A DNA stretch of 64,000 bases from Bacteroidales bacterium (lineage in GTDB: Bacteria > Bacteroidota > Bacteroidia > Bacteroidales > UBA4417), in contig OY782677.1 in the NCBI GenBank assembly GCA_963677975.1, positions 2,524,229-2,588,228 on the forward strand. The letters are read 5' to 3'. The notes beneath the pieces are model-generated. The model saw only the letters and a program-made list of their open reading frames with translations. It was not told where the DNA came from and did not search any database. Every line of letters begins with the position of its first letter. Positions within the stretch are counted from its first letter, which is position 1. A program made the translations under genes and the position numbers. Shown one piece after another: positions 57,061 to 64,000 of this stretch.

Positions 57061-57444
57061 ATGCCAATAAAATATAAAGTTATCCATAAGGCGCAGCCCG
57101 GTGTAAAAGGGGGCGGCGAAAAGAAATACTATGCATCCACACAGGCAAAAGACGAAGTGTCGCTGAAGGAAATCTCGAAGATGATTGAACAAATGTCTAC
57201 TGCGAGCGAAGCTGATGTATATTTAGTTATGTTAGCCTTGGTACACGTGATGAAGAGGTTACTTGCTGAAGGAAACATCGTTCGCCTGGGTGACTTGGGA
57301 AGCCTGCGCATTACACTTAACAGCGAAGGCAAAGCCACTGACAAAGAAGTGAACGCGGCAAGCATAAAGGGAGCCAGGGTGGTTTTTGCACCCGGTGTTG
57401 ACCTGAAGGAACTGATCCTGTCATTGAAATACGAGAAAGCCTGA
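57061..57444 (+). CDS. HU-family DNA-binding protein (Bacteroides-type, 127 aa)
   Basis: MPIKYKVIHKAQPGVKGGGEKKYYA...IVRLGDLGSLRITLNSEG is typical of the Bacteroidales HU-like family. Confidence 0.8.
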   Translation: MPIKYKVIHKAQPGVKGGGEKKYYASTQAKDEVSLKEISKMIEQMSTASEADVYLVMLALVHVMKRLLAEGNIVRLGDLGSLRITLNSEGKATDKEVNAASIKGARVVFAPGVDLKELILSLKYEKA

Positions 57445-57545
57445 GCAAGCAGTTGTTATTCAATGCTACAATATACGACCGGGCATAAGCATGCTCTGCA
57501 ATAAATAATTCTAATCATGGAGTAAAATCAAACTTGATTATCAAT

Positions 57546-57633
57546 AAAAAGAAGCTTGATATGTAGTAAAAAGAAGCTTGATATGTAGTAAAAAGAAGCT
57601 TGTTTATATATAAAAAGAAGCTTGTTTTTCTGT
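57546..57633. repeat. Four tandem 22-bp direct repeats with an invariant 13-bp core AAAAAGAAGCTTG (iteron-like array)
   Basis: Units 1 and 2 are both AAAAAGAAGCTTGATATGTAGT. Unit 3 is ..GTTTATATAT and unit 4 is ..GTTTTTCTGT. The array starts 101 nt downstream of the HU-like gene. Confidence 0.9.
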
Positions 57634-58027
57634 GAATGATAAGGATAAAATTTGTATAACATTAGCAAGAATTCATTATTGCTTTGTGTAGTATCCTTAT
57701 TGATTCGGTAAAGAATGGAATTTGAAAGGGATGGATTACCCGCAACGTTCGTGAGATGACTGCATGCTTTCGTGCAGGCAAACAGAAGACAAGGCTTAGA
57801 TTCGTTATAAATATGCGCCAGAAAGGTAAAAAGGCAATAATACGGCTGGTAAGCAGGATATTGTTCTGATCAACCTTTATAACTCAGCAACAACTGATTC
57901 ACACAGTGTTTATAGCGGGCACTCAACACTAGTTAAACATCCTGTTTTCACTGCTATTATTAAAATCAGAAATGGCTGGCTATGTTTAACCCCAGTTCAA
58001 GGCAAGTATTTAATAAACTCCCGACCC

Positions 58028-58723
58028 TTAATTGTTCGAAATATATACTTCGTACTTTCCCGCTGCCATAATTTTAAATGTAAAGTTGCATTGTTTCCGG
58101 TCCATAGCCACTGGCAGGCTGAAATGCAGTTCGCAGGTTAAAGGGTATACATAGTTTTGTATTACCATTTTCTTGTTCTGTTCAATTTTATATCCTGATG
58201 AAAGGGTCACTGACAGGTCATCGGGAATATATTTTTTCATTACCCTTTCAAATGAAATTTCAACCAGCTTTCCACTGTCGGCAACCTTAGTTATTGAATA
58301 GTTTTCGATCCCGCTCAGGTTTGTGATTGAATAATCCTCGCCCGGTTTCGAAGGGCCTGCATATTCGCCGTTTTTCCAGTAACCTGCTAAAATGGTCTGC
58401 TTCTTGTTAACAGAGTACCTGAATTTCCCTTCACCTTCTTTCAGACCCTTTTTCCAGTAACCTGTAAAAACATTCCCGTTGCTGTATGTATATTCTCCTT
58501 TGCCGTCGGGCAGGCCATTAACGAAACTGCCGCTGTATGTATCTTCTCCTTTGGCTGTTCCTTTCCCTTCGGCTAACCCGTTATTACAACCTCCTTTGTA
58601 TGAACCCGAAATTTCTTTCATTAAAACCTTGCAGGAATTGTCCTGCTGGGCAAATGCCATAGCAGCACTGAAGAGGGAAAGAAGAAAAAGTGAAGTGATT
58701 TGTTTCAGAAGCAGAGTTTTCAT
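58028..58723 (-). CDS. MORN-repeat protein, secreted
   Basis: Signal peptide. MORN repeats: YSGSFVNGLPDGKGEYTYSNGNVFTGYWKKGLKEGEGKFRY. Confidence 0.8.
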   Translation of the reverse strand: MKTLLLKQITSLFLLSLFSAAMAFAQQDNSCKVLMKEISGSYKGGCNNGLAEGKGTAKGEDTYSGSFVNGLPDGKGEYTYSNGNVFTGYWKKGLKEGEGKFRYSVNKKQTILAGYWKNGEYAGPSKPGEDYSITNLSGIENYSITKVADSGKLVEISFERVMKKYIPDDLSVTLSSGYKIEQNKKMVIQNYVYPLTCELHFSLPVAMDRKQCNFTFKIMAAGKYEVYISNN

Positions 58724-58853
58724 ATTGATAAAGGATTAATAAATATTTGATCGGGGACAAGAGCTGGTATCCGGCTATTAATATGATTTCCGGCAGGGTT
58801 GTGAACCTTTGTACGATTCTTAATTTTACAAAAGTATGATTTCTTTGAGTTCT

Positions 58854-59642
58854 TCAGAACGAATATCCTAAACTAAAGTACAGCCCCTCGGGTGTGCCCA
58901 CCCCGGTACGCAGGATAAAGTGTTTATCAGGGCTTTGAAGCCTGTAGCCGGCATTCAGAACGACAGTAACATAGTGAGGCCCGAAGTTGTGGGGCTCGTT
59001 AATGTATGTCGCTCCTATATTCATTTCGAATTTGTTTTTACCCTTCCCCCGCAGGTTATTTAGGGTGACCAAAGCGAACTTTCCATCGGTATTTATAATT
59101 CCCCCTCCAACACGGTAACTCCAGGTTTTGTTGGCTTTCTGATTTATAAAAAATATCCTTTCGTAGTTCAGTGTGAGGGCGTAGGAGTAGAGCAGGTAAC
59201 TGGCTGTGCCGTATGCCATATTACGGTTTACATGGTTGATACGGATTGAATCCGGATCCATAAGGTACGAAGTCCCTCGCCTGAAGGTGACATCTTTTTT
59301 GTTTAAAGCCTGGGGTTTGTAATAAAGTACCTGTTCCTTATCGTATAAGGTATGTATCCATTCCCGGTCGAAGCGCATTTCGAAATATATTTTGTTTCCT
59401 GAAATACTGTCGATATGGCAAGCAATGGAATCGTGCCGCGTGGTGACAATTAAATCATACTGCTGTGCCTGAGCCATCTGTATACCCGAAGCGAGGATAA
59501 TAACCCAAAGCAGATGTTTGCCGCAAAGGCTTATATACAGGCTCTTAATGGCTGCTTTAAAACTTGTAAGCCTGACCGACTCCTGAAAGTAATTTCCGGC
59601 AGAGGTTATTGTTTTGGCAGCAGCAGTTGTTCCCATTCCCAT
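58854..59642 (-). CDS. Putative outer-membrane beta-barrel protein with small N-terminal domain
   Basis: Signal-like segment (LLWVIILASGIQMAQAQ) and a beta-strand-patterned C-terminus ending GLYFSLGYSF. Confidence 0.6.
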   Translation of the reverse strand: MGMGTTAAAKTITSAGNYFQESVRLTSFKAAIKSLYISLCGKHLLWVIILASGIQMAQAQQYDLIVTTRHDSIACHIDSISGNKIYFEMRFDREWIHTLYDKEQVLYYKPQALNKKDVTFRRGTSYLMDPDSIRINHVNRNMAYGTASYLLYSYALTLNYERIFFINQKANKTWSYRVGGGIINTDGKFALVTLNNLRGKGKNKFEMNIGATYINEPHNFGPHYVTVVLNAGYRLQSPDKHFILRTGVGTPEGLYFSLGYSF

Positions 59643-59755
59643 TTGACTATAGTTTACATTTCATGTTACCCGCACCTATTGTTGTAAACTTCAGGGAAAT
59701 GACTACAACGAAAACGCTTAGTATTGTAATTTATGCAATAGCGAGTACCATATAT

Positions 59756-60856
59756 TTATTTGAGTGAGTTTACCGATTTCGATTCAATAATCATGGTTAC
59801 CATTTTTTTGAATTGTGTGAAGCTGGTGCCACGGCCATAATCGGGTTTGGTCTTGTGCGAAATTACCATATTTAACTTTGGAATGACGACCAGAAACTGT
59901 CCGAACGAACCCCTGGCCCAGTACGATCCTTTTAATATTTCATTTTCGCTGCACCAGATCCACCACATATATCCATACCCGAAATCCCCGTCGCGGAGAT
60001 CCTTGGGATTGATCCCTTCGGGCGGAGTGACAGCAAAGGTTGTGAGTTTGATCCAGCCGGCAGGAACTACCTGTTTCCCGTTCCAGTTGCCATAGTTGAG
60101 CATGAGTAATCCCAAACGTGCCATATCGCGGGTCGAGAACAGGAAGTGGTATGCCAAAAAGTCGGATTTGGTTGTATCGCCTATTTTTTTCTGTTCACTG
60201 ATTTTATAATCCTGCATACCGACCGGAACCGCGATGTCCTGTTCAAATGCTTCATATATCGATTTATGCGTGAGTTTCTCGAATATGGCTCCGGCTGCGT
60301 TGAAATCCCAGTTGTTGTAAAAACAGAAACTGCCGGGTTTTACCGTTCCACGGCCAGGTGCGCTTTGCAGTTCGTTGCCTCCGTTCGACGAAGGATGGTA
60401 AATCCCCGACCGGGCCGTTATAAGGTCCCTGATTGTAGCCTGCTTTTCGGCGGGGAGCAGGCCATGGATATCGTCAATTTTCAGTTCTTCCAGCGTCATA
60501 TCGAGATTTATGGTACCGTTGTCAACGTATTTGCCATACATCATGGAGAGCACGCTTTTGCGGCAGGAAGCGAGATAGCTTAGTTCCTGCGTATCGCCGA
60601 AATCAAAAAGGATTTTCCCGTCGACTGCAACAAGCAGACCGGTTGTATTCATGCTGTCGATAATATAGCCGACAATGTTATCGATCTTCTTTGAATCGTA
60701 TCCCAGCAGTTGTACTGAATCGTGAAGCAGCCAGTCCTTGCCGGGGAAAGTGCGCTGTTGTTCCTGGGCCTGGATTCGGATAATTAAAATAAAGAACAGG
60801 ATTGCGACAAGGCTAATCGGTTTTAAGCAGCAGCTATGCTTTTTCGCTGAAGTCAT
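59756..60856 (-). CDS. Serine hydrolase, beta-lactamase/transpeptidase-like (class C-related)
   Basis: The start is refined to the ATG at 60856 (MTSAKKH.., signal/TM). SxxK motif (ASCRKS) and a YxN-like motif (FYNNWDF). Confidence 0.75.
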   Translation of the reverse strand: MTSAKKHSCCLKPISLVAILFFILIIRIQAQEQQRTFPGKDWLLHDSVQLLGYDSKKIDNIVGYIIDSMNTTGLLVAVDGKILFDFGDTQELSYLASCRKSVLSMMYGKYVDNGTINLDMTLEELKIDDIHGLLPAEKQATIRDLITARSGIYHPSSNGGNELQSAPGRGTVKPGSFCFYNNWDFNAAGAIFEKLTHKSIYEAFEQDIAVPVGMQDYKISEQKKIGDTTKSDFLAYHFLFSTRDMARLGLLMLNYGNWNGKQVVPAGWIKLTTFAVTPPEGINPKDLRDGDFGYGYMWWIWCSENEILKGSYWARGSFGQFLVVIPKLNMVISHKTKPDYGRGTSFTQFKKMVTMIIESKSVNSLK

Positions 60857-60991
60857 GAGTTTGAATGCTATGTTAAAAAGTAATATCTCCTTATATTTTA
60901 GCAGCCCGGGGTTGCCAACGGGGATCAAATGTACACCATTCGCAGTAACTCATAACCGCAATTCCGATGTTTTGAACAAATGTTGTAAAAT

Positions 60992-61633
60992 TTAATACAT
61001 CGCCGCAATAACCAGTGTCTGTATGCCATTCATCATGTGAATGGTCCAGCCGGGAATCAGGCTGTTGAACTTTCGGTTTACCCACCCGAAATAGACCGAA
61101 AGTACAAAAACATAAACTGCGAATACAAACGGGTTCGCTACATCAAATCCAATGTAGTAATGAATTAAGCCAAAGAGTAATCCCTGTATTATGTTTATAG
61201 TCCAGAACAGGGTCTTGTTCGAACTGATATCTTTTATCAATAATATCCCCCTGAAAACAAGCTCTTCGCCAAAAATCCTGATACTGCTGAAAACAATAGA
61301 GCTTACAATGATTATGCCAATAGGGTCGCTGCTGGTGGCGTCTGTTACCCTTTCCATATAGTTTTTAGTAATCAGGGCTAACAGGATATTTGAAAAAATA
61401 ATTGCCGGAACCAGGTAGAAATAAAGGGTTTTGTCCCTGAAAAGTTTAAATGAAAGTCCAAGGCTGCGCGTAACGGAATACCTGGTAAAACTCAAAAACA
61501 GCACTGCAGCTGCAATGATGTAATATAGATCAAGCCCTGTTTTATTATAAGCCAATCTTAGTATAAAAGACCCTGTAACAAATAGTATAAAGAAGTAATT
61601 CAGGAAATACGTATTAAGATGTTTAGAAATCAC
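60992..61633 (-). CDS. CPBP-family (CAAX/Abi) intramembrane glutamic protease
   Basis: Multi-pass membrane protein. EELVFRG motif and a later FGLIH motif. GTG start. Confidence 0.8.
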   Translation of the reverse strand: MISKHLNTYFLNYFFILFVTGSFILRLAYNKTGLDLYYIIAAAVLFLSFTRYSVTRSLGLSFKLFRDKTLYFYLVPAIIFSNILLALITKNYMERVTDATSSDPIGIIIVSSIVFSSIRIFGEELVFRGILLIKDISSNKTLFWTINIIQGLLFGLIHYYIGFDVANPFVFAVYVFVLSVYFGWVNRKFNSLIPGWTIHMMNGIQTLVIAAMY

Positions 61634-61711
61634 AATATCCGAATTAATATGATTTATTTCTGCTGGTATTTTTTCAATCTTCGGCGGATTTAAAAGAGAA
61701 ATGAGTTCGTG

Positions 61712-64000
61712 TTATTTACTGAAATACTTTTCAAGAAGGCCGAATAATTTGACTTTGCTGATGGGCTTGGAAATGTAATCGTTACATCCTGCTTCAATCG
61801 CCTTTTCACGGTCGCCGGCGAGCCCGAAAGCGGTCTGGGCAATAATAATTATATCTTTATTAAACTCCCGGATGTGCTGAGTAGCTTCGTATCCATTCAT
61901 TTCGGGCATACGGATATCCATCAGCACGAGGTCGATACCGGGATTATACCGGCACACCAGTACGGCTTCGGTCCCGGTACGGGCATATAAAATTGATTTG
62001 CTTATTTTGCCGATTAAAGTCTGGCCATACCTGCGTGATGTTTCATCATCTTCAACAATCAGAATGTTAAGGTTGAGGTCGAGGTTTAAATTATATTCCT
62101 CAAATTCAAAATCATCAGTATATATTTGTTCTTCAACCCGGGTTTTGTAAGGAAGGGTAAAATAGAATGTAGAGCCTTCTCCAACCTGACTTTCGACGCG
62201 GATCTTTCCTCCGAGCATCTTTACGTAGGCTTCGGAAATTGCCAGGCCCAGGCCGGCTCCATGCCTTGCCTGCACATCCGCGACATCGGCTTGTATAAAA
62301 CGTTCGAAGATGGCTTTCTGTCGATGTGCCGGAATGCCGATCCCGGTATCTTTAACATAGAACTCCAGAACATCACTTGAACTTCCCGGTCTATACGGCA
62401 CACTCCTTAACAGCTTATAGCCAAATTCAACCGATCCTTTATCGGTATATTTAATAGCATTTTTGATCAGGTTGGTAAGGATTCCAAAAAATTTCTCCTT
62501 ATCGGTTTCAATCACAGCCTCGCCGCCTTGAAGGGTATTTTTAAACAGAAGTTTGATTTTCCTGTTTTCTGCATCAATTTTCAACAGGTTATAGATGTAT
62601 TCGATCTGCTCGTTGATATCAACAGGCTCGAGGTAAGTTTTCATTTCACCGGATTCGATCTTTGATATATCGATTATATCATGAATAATATTCAACATCC
62701 GGGCCCCGCTTTTTTCAATATACTCGAGATAGTCATGCTGATCCTTGCCTGAGAGGTCGGGTTCTTTAAGAAGTTCGGCAAATCCAAGTATTCCATTCAT
62801 GGGTGTCCGTATTTCGTGGCTCATATTGGCAAGGAAGGCCGACTTTAGTCGGTCGCTCTCTTCAGCTTTTTCTTTTGCTTTTATAAGTTCAATTTCTGCA
62901 AGCTTTCGGGGAGTTATATTATTGCCAAAGCATGACCCTCCGATTACCCTGCCATTTTTTACAATAGGGTTCATCGATACCTGGATGTAGATGTTCCCTT
63001 TTCCTGTATCAACTGCATCTTCGAATGTAAACTGTTCATTATTAAGCGCCCTGTCGTAGCGTGGTTTCCAGGTTGCGCGTAACGGTCCGGGCAGGGATTC
63101 AAGCAGGTTGACACCCGGTTCCAGCCTGACGCCAAAGCTCTCGTAAAACTCCTCATGAAAGGCACGGTTGATATATATTATTTCATAGTCCCGGTTAAAT
63201 GCCCATATGCTGTTGGTTGTGCCCTCGATAATTGCTGTTACATTAGCCATATTCACCTCAGCCGTTTCCTTGGCTTCAATAAGCTCGTTCTCCATTTTTT
63301 TTCGATGGGTAATATCGTGAAGTACGCCTTCGATCCCGACCGGCTTTCCCTGTGAATCAAATATCAGCTGCGACGATGCAGACGTTACAACATGCCGGTT
63401 ATCCTTTGATCTTAGGTTTAGCTCATAGTCCATCACCTTCCCTTTAGCAATGATTTGATTCAGCATTTCTATCCGGTCGGCAGGATTCCAGTATACATCC
63501 GTTACCTGCTTCCCGACAAGTTCTTCCCTCTTGTAGCCTGAAAAATGTTCAATTCCAGGGTTAATATCGGTAATAATACCGTTAATATCGGTTTGGTAAA
63601 TTACATCCTGTACGGTTTCAAATATTTTCCTGTACTTGTTTTCGCTTAAGCGAAGCGATTCTTCGGCTTGTTTACGCTTATTATTTGTTAAAATCTGCAC
63701 TGCGATTGCAGCTGCAGTATTAGCGAAGGCTTCTTCATCGGGATGCCAGATTCGTTTTTCACCTATATGCTCGAAGCAAACAATGCCAACCGGTCTGCCG
63801 TCGATCCAGATTCCTGTATCAAGCATAGAGGTAATACCGATCGGTTTCAGGTATACTTCGGTAAATTCCCTTGTTCGCGGATCGTTTTGGGCATCATTGG
63901 CTGATACAAGGCTTTCAGTGGAAATAGTTTTAAAATAGAAAGGGAAATCATTTGCTTTTAAGACAAACCCCTTGCTAAACCTATGATCTTTGGTTTCGAA
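61712..64000 (-). CDS. Hybrid sensor histidine kinase / response regulator (GAF-PAS-PAS-HisKA-HATPase-REC); the N-terminus is off-window
   Basis: The frame stays open from the track's M at 63826 to the window end (FETKDHRFSKGFVLKANDFPFYF.., GAF-like). H-box SHEIRTPMNGILGF. G-boxes (DTGIGI, GAGLGLAI). REC block (LVLMDIRMPEMNGYE). Confidence 0.9.
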   Translation of the reverse strand, partial: FETKDHRFSKGFVLKANDFPFYFKTISTESLVSANDAQNDPRTREFTEVYLKPIGITSMLDTGIWIDGRPVGIVCFEHIGEKRIWHPDEEAFANTAAAIAVQILTNNKRKQAEESLRLSENKYRKIFETVQDVIYQTDINGIITDINPGIEHFSGYKREELVGKQVTDVYWNPADRIEMLNQIIAKGKVMDYELNLRSKDNRHVVTSASSQLIFDSQGKPVGIEGVLHDITHRKKMENELIEAKETAEVNMANVTAIIEGTTNSIWAFNRDYEIIYINRAFHEEFYESFGVRLEPGVNLLESLPGPLRATWKPRYDRALNNEQFTFEDAVDTGKGNIYIQVSMNPIVKNGRVIGGSCFGNNITPRKLAEIELIKAKEKAEESDRLKSAFLANMSHEIRTPMNGILGFAELLKEPDLSGKDQHDYLEYIEKSGARMLNIIHDIIDISKIESGEMKTYLEPVDINEQIEYIYNLLKIDAENRKIKLLFKNTLQGGEAVIETDKEKFFGILTNLIKNAIKYTDKGSVEFGYKLLRSVPYRPGSSSDVLEFYVKDTGIGIPAHRQKAIFERFIQADVADVQARHGAGLGLAISEAYVKMLGGKIRVESQVGEGSTFYFTLPYKTRVEEQIYTDDFEFEEYNLNLDLNLNILIVEDDETSRRYGQTLIGKISKSILYARTGTEAVLVCRYNPGIDLVLMDIRMPEMNGYEATQHIREFNKDIIIIAQTAFGLAGDREKAIEAGCNDYISKPISKVKLFGLLEKYFSK

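Noticed and set aside
57546-57633. CRISPR array interpretation of the 22-bp repeats, and of the 7-8-nt repeat spacers at 2267, 11746 and 45831-45986.
   Set aside because: The repeats are directly abutting with no unique spacers, the units are far shorter than CRISPR repeats, and there are no cas genes in the window.

Overview
This is a 64-kb chromosomal segment with clear Bacteroidota character. It has TAnnTTTG -7 promoter boxes, GH3 and GH20 glycosidases, a DUF5103 T9SS-plug-like gene, a Bacteroides-type HU gene, and FadL-like and many beta-barrel outer-membrane proteins. Coding density is high. I call about 56 protein genes and one tRNA-Glu(UUC). I saw no rRNA, CRISPR array, transposase or integrase.

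The stand-out element is the left 10 kb. It holds the promoter-proximal part of an extracellular contractile injection system (eCIS, phage-tail-like) operon on the minus strand. In transcription order the genes are: SGNH hydrolase, DUF4255 cap, an unknown 337-aa protein, sheath, two tube paralogs, an unlisted 53-aa ORF, LysM tube initiator, VgrG-like spike, PAAR, gp25-like and baseplate-J-like. The last gene is cut by the window edge. The rest of the baseplate, the tape measure, the ATPase, the fibres and most payloads would therefore lie off-window. The leaderless SGNH/GDSL hydrolase at the head of the operon is my candidate payload or accessory enzyme.

Other accessory items:
- a RES/Xre toxin-antitoxin pair with a perfect palindromic operator
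- a three-gene cluster of OMP, lipoprotein and radical SAM
- a chimeric alpha-CTD-like / sigma-r4-like / HARE-HTH DNA-binding protein
- a 1577-aa orphan secreted protein
- a 4 x 22-bp iteron-like array
- several intergenic spacers built from degenerate 7-8-nt tandem repeats

The remainder is housekeeping (dnaX, upp, rpsF-rpsR-rplI, rpsT, wecB, radC, apbE and others).

All functional calls were made by eye from motifs and architecture, and no searches were run. Hand-derived coordinates (refined starts, small motifs) may be off by 1-2 nt.
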